Shown in pieces: positions 46,197 to 55,255 of a stretch of DNA of 64,000 nucleotides. Location: contig JAKAID010000001.1 of NCBI GenBank assembly GCA_021814545.1, positions 107,910 to 171,909 of the forward strand. The letters are read 5' to 3'. How positions within the stretch are numbered: position 1 is the stretch's first letter; every line of letters begins with the position of its first letter. This DNA is from a bacterium (GTDB taxonomy: Bacteria; Patescibacteriota; Minisyncoccia; UBA6257; GWB1-50-10). Made by a program: the position numbers and the translations under genes. Below the pieces are notes generated by a model, which did not search any database, was not told the origin of the DNA, and saw nothing but the letters and a program-made list of their open reading frames with translations.

Positions 46197-46214
46197 CGCT
46201 GCTTATGGAGCGCC

Positions 46215-47336
46215 TTACGCTAACTTCGACCTCATCACCTCCGCAACCGCGCCAAGCGAGACGAGGAAGATTATGGCGCAGGCGAGCCATCCGATTACCG
46301 GAATGAGGCCGAGCACGCCAAGAATGAGCGCGCTACCCAGGAGGTGGTACCACTTGAGGTCCAGGTGCCCTTTCTTGAAGACCGCCATAATAAACGACGA
46401 AGTAACGATAACCGAGACTGGGGCCGTGAGCGTGAGCAAGATGCAGTAGAGCGCAAGCATCACCATCCCAGGAATCCAGCCAATTATCGTCGACATAAGC
46501 ACGATTCCCGCGATAGGAGCAAGGATGAGCACCGCAAATCCAGCGACTAACCTGTTCCAGAAATGGGTGTGCACACCTGCGACTGCCGCGGTTACGTCAC
46601 GGCGGCGGAGGAACCACAAGAGATACGCTGCGGTAAGTACCGCGAGCAGTTTTACTACGAGCGCCACGCCCGCAAGCGCCGCAAACAACTTCGGGCGCAC
46701 TCCCTGCCTTAAGCTATCCACCTTCGTGAACACGGGCGCCGACGCGAGCTGCGCGCCCTCGCTTACAACCGCCTCCACTGGCGCTGAATATTCGACTGCA
46801 CCCTTTACGCGCGCGTTCGGACCGAATGAAACCTTCTCCGCGCGTTTGATTTTCACATTTCCGTTCACCGTTCCATCGATGCGCACGTCGCCGCCCACGA
46901 TGGTAAGGTTACCGCTTTCCGAACCTGAAAAGATAACTAATCCGCCAAAAAGGTAGGAGTCTTTCACCACGGTGGTTTCGGGCGTTACGGTAAGCTGGCC
47001 TCCTGCCGCGGCGATTTCACCGTTTACTTTTCCGCTAATCGTGATATTGCCGCCTGCCACGCGGACGTCTTCTGCAGACCCGCCGACAATATTCACCGTG
47101 CCGCCAACCGCCATAATATCCTTATCTACCTTCCCGGAGATAAGCACATTGCCGCCCGCCGCAATAACATCACCCGCTACGGGGTTCGGGACATTCACCG
47201 TCCCCCCTGCGAGGTACACGTTCTGCGCTATCGGCACCGCAGGAGTCGAAGCGTTATTCCCCGCTTCCACGTACGCGGCAAGTGCTACGACGGGCACGAA
47301 TGCCGCAACAACCCCCAACATTACTAACTTTTTCAT
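46215..47336 (-). CDS. membrane protein with N-terminal bactofilin-like (polymer-forming cytoskeletal-type) beta-helical repeats fused to a C-terminal polytopic membrane domain
   Basis: Signal/TM, then repeated G-G-x-V-x-I/V-x-G motifs (AGGTVNVPNPVAGDVIAAGGNVLISGKVDKDIMAVGGTVNIVGG...), then 4-5 TM helices. Start at MKKLVML with SD AAGGGT. Confidence 0.55.
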   Translation of the reverse strand: MKKLVMLGVVAAFVPVVALAAYVEAGNNASTPAVPIAQNVYLAGGTVNVPNPVAGDVIAAGGNVLISGKVDKDIMAVGGTVNIVGGSAEDVRVAGGNITISGKVNGEIAAAGGQLTVTPETTVVKDSYLFGGLVIFSGSESGNLTIVGGDVRIDGTVNGNVKIKRAEKVSFGPNARVKGAVEYSAPVEAVVSEGAQLASAPVFTKVDSLRQGVRPKLFAALAGVALVVKLLAVLTAAYLLWFLRRRDVTAAVAGVHTHFWNRLVAGFAVLILAPIAGIVLMSTIIGWIPGMVMLALYCILLTLTAPVSVIVTSSFIMAVFKKGHLDLKWYHLLGSALILGVLGLIPVIGWLACAIIFLVSLGAVAEVMRSKLA

Positions 47337-47366
47337 ACCCTTAGCATACCACACGCCGCGCACGCG

Positions 47367-48269
47367 TTAGGCATTCATGAACCAGACGCCGGCAAGGATA
47401 AACACGATAGAAACGACCTTAATGAATACCGTTCCCTTCTCAATATTTTCCTTCACGATATGCGGGAACCAAACCGAGAGGACAAGGCCTATCACGAGCG
47501 CAAAGAACGGCATGGTGCTGATAAGCGACGAGGCGAGCGCGAGCGCAGGTGCTATCGCGATGGCGTAATACCCCACGAGCGCGGCACCGAGATAGAGCAC
47601 CTCATTTGCGATAATAATGCCCCACGCAGACGGCTTGATGGCCGGGATATCGAGCACGAAGCCACGCCTGAACGCAGGCACAAAGAATAGCGCGAAGGCA
47701 CCTAAGGCCACACCCACATATTCGTACGCGACCGCAGTCGAATAGCTGTATTGCCCCGAAATATACCGCAGAATAACCGATGGCGTCGCCCACATCACGC
47801 TCGCGAGCAAAACCCAGCCGGATGACTTCCGCAAATGGAATAGATACGCACCCTTCCTGCCAACCGAAACAAGGTAGGCACCGAGGAGCACGAGCGCTGC
47901 GCCCGCAAGTTCGTTCGCCGAGAGCCGCTCGCCCAAAAACACATACGACATCGCATACACCATGACGGGGATAATCTGAAACGCGGGCGTCACCTGCGAC
48001 ACATCATCAATGAGTATCGCCTTTACGTACGGAAGGAGCGCCAATTCAACAAGCACGCCCGCCACTACCATAAGCGCCGCGTTCTGCCAGATGATGGGGG
48101 GCACGCGCTGGGTAATAAATACGAGAAGCGAGAAGGGTACCGCGAGAAAGCCGCCCAGGATAACGTAGGTCGAATAATGCTTTATTTGCTTCTCCACCAT
48201 GTACTTATCGATAAAACTCGAAGAAGCGTAGAGCACGGGGGCGAGAAGCGCGAAGAAGAGCCAGGACAT
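47367..48269 (-). CDS. EamA/DMT-superfamily transporter (10 TM)
   Basis: Two EamA-like repeats of 4-5 TM helices. Confidence 0.75.
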   Translation of the reverse strand: MSWLFFALLAPVLYASSSFIDKYMVEKQIKHYSTYVILGGFLAVPFSLLVFITQRVPPIIWQNAALMVVAGVLVELALLPYVKAILIDDVSQVTPAFQIIPVMVYAMSYVFLGERLSANELAGAALVLLGAYLVSVGRKGAYLFHLRKSSGWVLLASVMWATPSVILRYISGQYSYSTAVAYEYVGVALGAFALFFVPAFRRGFVLDIPAIKPSAWGIIIANEVLYLGAALVGYYAIAIAPALALASSLISTMPFFALVIGLVLSVWFPHIVKENIEKGTVFIKVVSIVFILAGVWFMNA

Positions 48270-48321
48270 AGTTTAATTGTAGCGAATTTACCGCGCTGCG
48301 GTATGGTATGCTTAGAATATT

Positions 48322-48774
48322 ATGAATCATGCAACAAAGGTGACCGCACTCCTGCTGCGTCTCACGCTTGGGACGATGTTTTTTGCAACGGGGTTCGTAA
48401 AGGTGCTTGACCCGCTCTGGTCGGCCGCCGGCTACCTGAAACACGCGCAGACCTTTGCTGCATTCTATGGCTGGCTTGGCTCCGCACAAAATGCGGGCTG
48501 GGTGAGCTCGTTGAACGCCTGGGGCCTTACTCTTATCGGCCTCTCGCTCCTTGTGGGCGCCCTTGTGCGCTGGTCATCAGTCTGCGGCGCCGCGATGATG
48601 CTCCTTTACTACTTCCCCATTCTCACCTTCCCCTACGTTGGCAGGGGCACCTTCCTTTTCGACGAGCACATCATTTTTTCGCTTGTCTTCGTACTCCTCT
48701 TTACTGTGCGCGCGGGAGAATACTTTGGCCTTGATAGCTTACTCAAAAAGACCGCGTTGAAACGCGTTGTATAA
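48322..48774 (+). CDS. DoxX-family membrane protein
   Basis: LLRLTLGTMFFATGFVKVLDP.. four TM helices characteristic of DoxX. Confidence 0.7.
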   Translation: MNHATKVTALLLRLTLGTMFFATGFVKVLDPLWSAAGYLKHAQTFAAFYGWLGSAQNAGWVSSLNAWGLTLIGLSLLVGALVRWSSVCGAAMMLLYYFPILTFPYVGRGTFLFDEHIIFSLVFVLLFTVRAGEYFGLDSLLKKTALKRVV

Positions 48775-48777
48775 ATA

Positions 48778-48813
48778 AAAACCCGCGCTTTGGACGTATC
48801 CAAAACGCGGGAA
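48778..48813. terminator. terminator hairpin (CCCGCGcTTTGGA..TCCAAAaCGCGGG), A-run upstream (T-run for the minus-strand paralog gene)
   Basis: Seen in sequence. Confidence 0.5.
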
Positions 48814-48817
48814 TGAA

Positions 48818-49426
48818 TCAGATGTCCACCTCGACAAGGCGGTACACCGCGGCAGCCGTGTGGCTCATCCAGTCCGACTGGACCGGCGAATGCCCCATGA
48901 CCCACTTCGCGCCGTTCCACGCGAGGTAGCGCACGCACGGCGAGCCGTCCGCCATCCGGTAGAGCGTTCCCCAGAAGTAGATGAGCGGATAGCAGCCGTG
49001 CACCCGCTCTTTCCAGTTCTCCGGAATGAGCCCCTGGTTTCCGAGGAGGAAGTCGAGAACGTTCGCGTTCCAGGCGACGGTTCTTTTCATCTCCTCGAAG
49101 AGGCGGCTGCCGCTCACGAGACTTCCGCGGCGCTGCTCTTCCATCTGGAAGAGGCTTACCGCACGCGGGTCCCAAGCAAACACGCCTTCGCCGTCGTGCT
49201 TCATGAGCGTGAGGCCGCGCGGAACGAGAGGCCTTGCCCCGAGATCGATGACGGGGCCAGGCGCGCCGCGGAGCTTCTTGCGCACGACCTTCAGCAACAC
49301 CTCGAGCACCTGCGGATTGTCCGCAAGAATGTCGAGCTCTTCGGGGGTGAAGCCGACCGCCTCGGCAGCGAGGCACAGCTTGTGCGCTACGCCAAGCACG
49401 TAGAACTGCGAGCTTTTGCTTGCCAT
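48818..49426 (-). CDS. hypothetical protein, paralog A of a tandem pair, very high GC3
   Basis: Shares ..NANVLDFLLGNQ.(F/L)IPE...G..LCFWGTLY....VRYL.W.G..W.. with the downstream-encoded paralog B; no known domain recognised. Confidence 0.6.
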   Translation of the reverse strand: MASKSSQFYVLGVAHKLCLAAEAVGFTPEELDILADNPQVLEVLLKVVRKKLRGAPGPVIDLGARPLVPRGLTLMKHDGEGVFAWDPRAVSLFQMEEQRRGSLVSGSRLFEEMKRTVAWNANVLDFLLGNQGLIPENWKERVHGCYPLIYFWGTLYRMADGSPCVRYLAWNGAKWVMGHSPVQSDWMSHTAAAVYRLVEVDI

Positions 49427-49453
49427 GCCCTGCTCCTTTCCTTCAATGTGAAT

Positions 49454-49468
49454 GTCCGCATTGCGGAC
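49454..49468. repeat. perfect 15-bp palindrome GTCCGCA-T-TGCGGAC ~30 nt upstream of paralog A start (candidate operator)
   Basis: Seen in sequence. Confidence 0.4.
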
Positions 49469-49540
49469 ATGTGAAATATCTGGCTTTACCGTACCACCAT
49501 TTTGTTAGGTTGTCCAGAGCAATAAAATTGCCAATAAAAT

Positions 49541-49596
49541 CCCGTAGTAGAGCGAACTCACTACGGGATAAAAAGCCCGCGCTGATACGCGCGGGC
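49541..49596 (-). terminator. two tandem hairpins (CCCGTAGT..ACTACGGG; GCCCGCGC-tgatac-GCGCGGGC) each followed by a T-rich run on the minus strand; terminators after paralog B
   Basis: Seen in sequence. Confidence 0.55.
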
Positions 49597-49602
49597 ATGT
49601 TG

Positions 49603-50190
49603 CTACTTGTCGATGCTCATGATGCGGATGGCGGCATAGAACTCGCTCATCCACACCTCGTCGATGCACCGGTAGAAGGAATCCCACCGATTGCCGCTCC
49701 AGAAGAGGTAGCGCACCACGATGCGGTTGCTCGCCGTCTTGTAGAGCGTGCCCCAGAAGCAGAGGCCGAGCATCGCACCGCGCGGACCCGCCTTCAGCGA
49801 CTCCGGGATGAACCGCTGGTTTCCGAGAAGGAAGTCGAGAACGTTCGCGTTCAAGAGCACGTGCGTCCGCAGCTCCGCGAACACCTCGCGCCCCGTCACG
49901 GTGACGCCCCGCTCCTGCCCCTCCGTGAGAAGGGGCGCTATTGCGTCCTTCCCCCAGTGGAACATGCCGCCGGGCTCGTGCTTCACGACCGCGAGCTTGC
50001 CGGGGGCAGCCGGAGCCCTGGTGCAGTCCACGATGCGCCTCTTCTCCTCCTCGGGGTTGCCCTCGAGAGCGAACTTCACGCTCTCCCTGAGCTTCCTCGC
50101 GGCAGCCTCGGCCGTCTCGCCGACGTTCTTTCTGAACGCGCCGAGCGCCCTGTCGAGCGCAAGGTCCACTTCCTTCGCGACTTCACTCAT
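49603..50190 (-). CDS. hypothetical protein, paralog B of a tandem pair, very high GC3
   Basis: See paralog A; the shared C-terminal ~90 aa has conserved Trp/Tyr positions. Confidence 0.6.
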   Translation of the reverse strand: MSEVAKEVDLALDRALGAFRKNVGETAEAAARKLRESVKFALEGNPEEEKRRIVDCTRAPAAPGKLAVVKHEPGGMFHWGKDAIAPLLTEGQERGVTVTGREVFAELRTHVLLNANVLDFLLGNQRFIPESLKAGPRGAMLGLCFWGTLYKTASNRIVVRYLFWSGNRWDSFYRCIDEVWMSEFYAAIRIMSIDK

Positions 50191-50264
50191 TTTCTTCCTG
50201 CCTTTCTTGGCTTGAGGAACTGCTCTTAATTTAACACTTTATAAGGCTGGTGTCAATTTATCCG

Positions 50265-50681
50265 CTATCGCTGCGGCGGCACCGCCGGCCTCAACTGAAT
50301 GGCCTGCGCAGTAATACTCCCGTCAGCATTCGCGGTACCTCCTACGGTCACCTGCTTCCCCGCTGCAAGGTCATCAGCGGTGCCGTCAACGGACTTTGAA
50401 ACTTTCGTTGAGGCGGAGAAAAATACGAAACGCGTGCTTCCGTCCTGCATCTTCACGGTAATACTCTTATCGTCTTTGCTCTGTATCTCACCTGTAACGA
50501 ATCCGCCGCTCATGAAATTCCCACCTCTCCGCCCCGCGCCGCCCATGCGTTGGCCGTTCCTATCAAAAACGTTTCCGCTCACGGATGAACTGCCATACTG
50601 CATACCACCCCAAAAGAGCGCCACACCCACGACCACCGCACCCGCCGCATACATCGCAACCGTTTTGTTCAATTTTTTCAT
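50265..50681 (-). CDS. small secreted/membrane-anchored beta-rich protein with Gly-rich linker (DUF5666-like?)
   Basis: N-terminal TM/signal, Gly-rich low complexity (GGAGRRGGNFMSGG), then a beta-rich ~70-aa domain ending ..GSITAQAIQLRP; paralogous to 54277-54780. Confidence 0.5.
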   Translation of the reverse strand: MKKLNKTVAMYAAGAVVVGVALFWGGMQYGSSSVSGNVFDRNGQRMGGAGRRGGNFMSGGFVTGEIQSKDDKSITVKMQDGSTRFVFFSASTKVSKSVDGTADDLAAGKQVTVGGTANADGSITAQAIQLRPAVPPQR

Positions 50682-50690
50682 ATATTTTGG

Positions 50691-51914
50691 TTATTCGTAT
50701 CGTAGTGCCTCTATCGGATTCAAACCCGCCGCGCGCCGCGCGGGATAATATCCGAACACGATGCCAATGCCCGCCGACACGCCGAACGCGAGCAGGACCG
50801 ACGACCAAGAAATGCTTGTGGCAATTCCCGCAAATGCGGTAACCGCCCACGCAATGGCCCACCCGAGGAGCACTCCGATCACGCCGCCCGTGAACGTGAG
50901 CATCACTGACTCGGCAAGGAATTGCGTACTAATGTCCCTGCGTTTTGCCCCTATCGCCTTGCGCAACCCTATCTCGCGCGTGCGCTCCGTAACGGTCGTG
51001 AGCATCATATTCATGATGCCGATACCGCCCACAAGGAGTGAAATACCCGCGATGGCGCCGAGCAGCATCGTAAACACTCCCGTGATAGAGGAGGCGGTCG
51101 CCACCACATCGGATTGGTTCAAAATATTAAAGTCTGCCTGGCTCGGGTCCGTTATCTTGTGACGTGCAAGAAGGAGGTCGCGCACCTGCTGCTGAATAAT
51201 GGCCATCGACTGCGTATCCTGCGCCGCAATACTTATCGCCGTTACGTACGTGTCGCCCGCAAGATAGCGCTGCGCGGTGGAGAGCGGTACGAATACCATG
51301 TCGTCCTGGCTTCCGAAACCGCTCGTGCCCTTCGCCGCCGTAATGCCGATAACCTTAAACTCTACCTTGTTGATTTTGATGGTCTCACCTACCGCATCCG
51401 CGTCCGCACCAAAGAGGTCATCGCGTGCGGTGGGGCCGAGCACCGCCACGCGCGCCATGCTGCGCACCTGGGAATCTGAAATGAAGGAACCGTTCGCGAT
51501 TTCAATGTTCCTTACGTCGGGGTATGCCGGCACGGTGCCGACAACCTGCGTGTTCGTATTCGTTCCTTTCGCCGTGATTTGATACCGCCGCGATATCTCC
51601 GGTGCCACGCCTTTTGCGAGTGAAACTTCTTTCGTGATGGCGTCCGCATCCTCCTGCTTCAGCGATTGCGCGGTGCCGCGCCCCTGGCTTACCTGCACGC
51701 CGGGACCGCGCTGCGCCCCCGGCGAAACAATGAGCAGGTTAGAGCCGATGGATTTAATGTTCGCCTCGATAGTACTCTGCGCACCCTGGCCTATCGAGAC
51801 CATGGCAATGACCGAGCCGATGCCGATAACAATGCCGAGCATGGTGAGCCCCGTGCGCACCTTGTTCACCGTAAGCGATGAATATGTTTCTTCCGCGATA
51901 TCAAGAATGGTCAT
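50691..51914 (-). CDS. ABC transporter permease, FtsX/MacB-like
   Basis: N-terminal TM, extracytoplasmic MacB_PCD-like domain, C-terminal FtsX TM bundle (..GISLLVGGIGIMNMMLTTVTERTREIGLRKAIGA..). Confidence 0.85.
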   Translation of the reverse strand: MTILDIAEETYSSLTVNKVRTGLTMLGIVIGIGSVIAMVSIGQGAQSTIEANIKSIGSNLLIVSPGAQRGPGVQVSQGRGTAQSLKQEDADAITKEVSLAKGVAPEISRRYQITAKGTNTNTQVVGTVPAYPDVRNIEIANGSFISDSQVRSMARVAVLGPTARDDLFGADADAVGETIKINKVEFKVIGITAAKGTSGFGSQDDMVFVPLSTAQRYLAGDTYVTAISIAAQDTQSMAIIQQQVRDLLLARHKITDPSQADFNILNQSDVVATASSITGVFTMLLGAIAGISLLVGGIGIMNMMLTTVTERTREIGLRKAIGAKRRDISTQFLAESVMLTFTGGVIGVLLGWAIAWAVTAFAGIATSISWSSVLLAFGVSAGIGIVFGYYPARRAAGLNPIEALRYE

Positions 51915-52627
51915 TCGTGTGCGTGATGATTTGCGGAACGCCTGTGGTGATTCTTGCCGTCCTCTACGATATATCCGTCTTTAATATGAATAATGCGGTC
52001 AGCGTGCTCGGCGACGTATTGTTCGTGCGTAATGAGCACGATGGTGTGCGCGTGGTTTTCATTAAGCTTCTCGAATGTGCCGAGTACTATCTCGCCCGTT
52101 CGCGTATCCAAATTCCCCGTAGGCTCATCCGCGAGCACGATACGGGGATTATTTACGAGCGACCGCGCGATGGCCACGCGCTGCATCTGCCCCCCCGAGA
52201 GCTGATTCGAGAGATGATTCCAGCGGCTCTCCTCAAGCCCAGATGCCGCGAGTGCGCGCCCCGCGCGCGCCCCGCGCTCTGCTTTCGGCACGCCCGCATA
52301 GAGGAGCGGCAGCATGACGTTGCGCAACACGGTCGCACGCGGGAGCAGGTTGAACGCCTGGAAAACAAAACCGATCTTTCCCTCGCGCACCCCGGCAAGT
52401 TCGTCGTCCGAAAGTTTCGACACGTCGCGCCCATCGAGCTTGTACGTGCCCGAGGTCGGGCTGTCGAGCGCGCCCAAAATATGCATCAGGGTAGATTTTC
52501 CGGAACCGGAGGGGCCCATAATAGCAACGTATTCACCGTCCTCGATGGTGAACGAAACTCCTTTCAATACCTCCGTTGCTACCCCTCCGTTCGTATAGGT
52601 CTTCGTAATATTCTTGCACTCGATCAT
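51911..52627 (-). CDS. ABC transporter ATP-binding protein (MacB/LolD-type)
   Basis: Walker [11 protein letters not shown]-loop, signature [15 protein letters not shown], Walker [14 protein letters not shown]-loop; C-terminal His-rich tail. Start trimmed to [11 protein letters not shown]. Confidence 0.9.
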   Translation of the reverse strand: MIECKNITKTYTNGGVATEVLKGVSFTIEDGEYVAIMGPSGSGKSTLMHILGALDSPTSGTYKLDGRDVSKLSDDELAGVREGKIGFVFQAFNLLPRATVLRNVMLPLLYAGVPKAERGARAGRALAASGLEESRWNHLSNQLSGGQMQRVAIARSLVNNPRIVLADEPTGNLDTRTGEIVLGTFEKLNENHAHTIVLITHEQYVAEHADRIIHIKDGYIVEDGKNHHRRSANHHAHE

Positions 52628-52634
52628 ATGCGCA

Positions 52635-54251
52635 TTACCGACCCACCCCGCCCAGTCCGGGCAATCGCAACCCGCCACCCTGGGATTGCGAGGTGGAGTT
52701 CGTGGTCGCAATGACGCTCCGCACTACCACCACGTCGCCCTCGTTCAGCCCTTTGGTTATTTCGGTCATGGTGTCGTTCGATGCACCCACCTCGACCGGC
52801 CGCCGCTCGGTTGCCACGGTGCCGCTCATTACCCCTGTCGAAGTGCCCGCGCTTGGCGCTCCGCCGCTCACTATTTCAACGTAGCGTTCGTTCCCCTGCG
52901 TTTTGACGGCCGCGCTCGGCACCAAGACCACGTCCTGGCGCACATCGGTGATGATAGACGCGGATACGCTCATGCCGGGGCGCACGCGTGCATCGTCACC
53001 CTGAAACCCTATCTTCACGTTATAAGTAACTACGCCCTGCGTGACCGTGCCAATGGTGTCTATCTCGATAACTTTTCCGGTGAGGCTCAACCCGTCAATG
53101 GCCTCGAACGTGAGTGTCGCTTTTTGGCCCAGCGCCACCCTTGAAACATCAACCTCGTTCAATGAAACACTCGCGTATCTGCTCGGCGAGATGATAGTGG
53201 CGAATATGGCCGAGGGTGAAACAGTGTCGCCCACTTTCGGAGAAATGCTCGCGATAGTTCCGGAGAATGGCGCACGAATGACATAATTCGCGATAGCCTC
53301 GTTCGCGTCCGCAAGCGCATTTTCGCGCTGTCTTACCGCAAGCTCCTGCGATGCGATGTTGTAGGGTGCGTTCGTGATGGAGGCGATATCAGAAGCAAGC
53401 GATGCGATGTGCGGATTCACCGCTGCGGTGTAGTTCGAAAGGTCTGATTTATGCTTCGTGACCAGTGCGGCGTATGGCGACGGTATAGTACGGCCGCGCT
53501 GCGTGTAATAATCATTCACATAGTCGATAATGTTCGTCGTATTTTTAATAGCATCCGCGGTTTTTGTCGCCACATCCACCGTCTCATTCGCAAAGGCGAT
53601 TATCACGTCCTGTGCGTCGGTGCGGCTCAAGGTGTGGTATTGTGCGAACGCAGCATCGTACGCGCTCCTCGCGCTCTGATAGCTTGCCTCGGCGCTGTTC
53701 ACCAGGACCGTAATGCCATCTCTGTCCTGCGGGTCGATAAGATTCAGATACGACACGATGACCTTGTCGTGGAGCGCGTCATTCAACCCCGTCATTACCG
53801 TGGGAAGATCGAGGAACGTGTTCGAGAGCTCGTTGTAGGTATTAGAAACTAACGTATCAACATTCGCCCCTGACTCTTTGAGGATGGTGAGCTGCAACTT
53901 TGCCGATTCCACATTCACTGCCGCATCACGTATTGCCTTCCCCGCATCTTCGGTATCAAGCCTACCCAATATTTGCCCCGCCGCTACCCGCTGCCCATTC
54001 AAGACGGGAATGGCAATAATGCGGCCAGAAGCCTCCGGCTTCACGTCGATTTGGTTGAGGGCTGAAACCTGCCCCGAGCCGGATACCGAAACTACAAGCG
54101 TTCCTTTCTCTGCGACCGCAGTAACGTATTGGGCAGAGGCGGTGCTCTTCGTATACTTCGAGTATCCGTAATAGCCTCCGCCTGCGATTGCCAAAAGTGC
54201 GATGGCCGCGGCGACTTTATGCGCGCCGACCCAGTTCAAAAATGGTTTCAT
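52635..54251 (-). CDS. HlyD/MacA-family periplasmic adaptor (membrane fusion protein)
   Basis: N-terminal TM, lipoyl-like beta segments, long helical hairpin, C-terminal beta-barrel/MP domain; Gly-rich tail (GGGLRLPGLGGVGR). Confidence 0.8.
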   Translation of the reverse strand: MKPFLNWVGAHKVAAAIALLAIAGGGYYGYSKYTKSTASAQYVTAVAEKGTLVVSVSGSGQVSALNQIDVKPEASGRIIAIPVLNGQRVAAGQILGRLDTEDAGKAIRDAAVNVESAKLQLTILKESGANVDTLVSNTYNELSNTFLDLPTVMTGLNDALHDKVIVSYLNLIDPQDRDGITVLVNSAEASYQSARSAYDAAFAQYHTLSRTDAQDVIIAFANETVDVATKTADAIKNTTNIIDYVNDYYTQRGRTIPSPYAALVTKHKSDLSNYTAAVNPHIASLASDIASITNAPYNIASQELAVRQRENALADANEAIANYVIRAPFSGTIASISPKVGDTVSPSAIFATIISPSRYASVSLNEVDVSRVALGQKATLTFEAIDGLSLTGKVIEIDTIGTVTQGVVTYNVKIGFQGDDARVRPGMSVSASIITDVRQDVVLVPSAAVKTQGNERYVEIVSGGAPSAGTSTGVMSGTVATERRPVEVGASNDTMTEITKGLNEGDVVVVRSVIATTNSTSQSQGGGLRLPGLGGVGR

Positions 54252-54276
54252 GCGTGTTCGTAATGCAGACCGTTCC

Positions 54277-54780
54277 CTATTGCGCGAACGACGGATACCC
54301 TTGCATCATGCTCGGGAGCACCCGAATAAGCCGCGCCTCAATAACGCCGCTCGCGTCCGGCGAGCCGATTACCATCACTGACATTCCCGCCACAAGCTCT
54401 CCCGCAGACAACGAGCTGTGCATATAGCGAATTGCGGTCGAGCTCGTGACTTCTACTATTTTTTCCGCGCCATCGCGGTCCTGCACCACGAACGTAGGCA
54501 TTGCCACTCTCAATACCGGACCCGCAACTCCGTGCCCCGCAAGAAAATCCTGTGTGGGAAGAAAACCGCCCATCATGCCGCCGCCGTTCATCATACCGCC
54601 GCCGAAACGAGGGCCCATGTACGTGCGATACACGTTCTCACCCCAGCGATACGAATAGCCCGCCTTGCTATACCCCACGAACTCGCCCGCCTTGAACGCG
54701 ATGAGTAACACCACCACCGCACCCGCTATCCAGAGAACCGCTTTCCACGCCGATGATTCCAATACTTGTTTTATTGTCAT
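54277..54780 (-). CDS. small secreted/membrane-anchored beta-rich protein with Gly/Met-rich linker (DUF5666-like?)
   Basis: N-terminal TM, GGGMMNGGGMMGG low-complexity, then a beta-rich domain ending ..GVIEARLIRVLP; paralogous to 50265-50681. Confidence 0.5.
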   Translation of the reverse strand: MTIKQVLESSAWKAVLWIAGAVVVLLIAFKAGEFVGYSKAGYSYRWGENVYRTYMGPRFGGGMMNGGGMMGGFLPTQDFLAGHGVAGPVLRVAMPTFVVQDRDGAEKIVEVTSSTAIRYMHSSLSAGELVAGMSVMVIGSPDASGVIEARLIRVLPSMMQGYPSFAQ

Positions 54781-54791
54781 AATTATTATTT

Positions 54792-55208
54792 TTATAGTGC
54801 AAACGACGACCTACGCGACAGCGCCCGAATATCGCGCGCAAGGTACCGCGTTGAAAGCATGAGCACGAATATGCTCGCCGCGACACCCGCAACCCCGAAT
54901 ACGGGCAGCGCCTCTGCAAGAGAGATAAGGAAGTCCTGCCAATAGACCGCGACAATACCCGCGTCGCTTATGAGGAGCGATAAGAACTGCACAAAGCCCG
55001 ACTGCGTAAATTCTGCGTACAGCTCCCGCAACGCAGGGACCAGCGCGACAAGCGAGAGCAACGCCGCTGTGCCCAACACGCCAATGCGCGCGTAGATAAC
55101 CCCCCGGCGCTCCTCAACCTTCACCTGTGCCAATATGCGTGCAAAAAGCTCGCGGGAAGGTTCTTTTCTCGCGATGCGCTGCAATGCGTTATTGAGGTCA
55201 TTCTGCAT
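54792..55208 (-). CDS. putative anti-sigma factor/membrane protein paired with the ECF sigma
   Basis: Immediately downstream of the ECF sigma gene with the same orientation; has TM segments; no conserved anti-sigma motif verified. Confidence 0.4.
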   Translation of the reverse strand: MQNDLNNALQRIARKEPSRELFARILAQVKVEERRGVIYARIGVLGTAALLSLVALVPALRELYAEFTQSGFVQFLSLLISDAGIVAVYWQDFLISLAEALPVFGVAGVAASIFVLMLSTRYLARDIRALSRRSSFAL

Positions 55209-55255
55209 AGGCTCCTACTATTACTACAATCGCCTATGGCGTTTTGGTGCATCTC

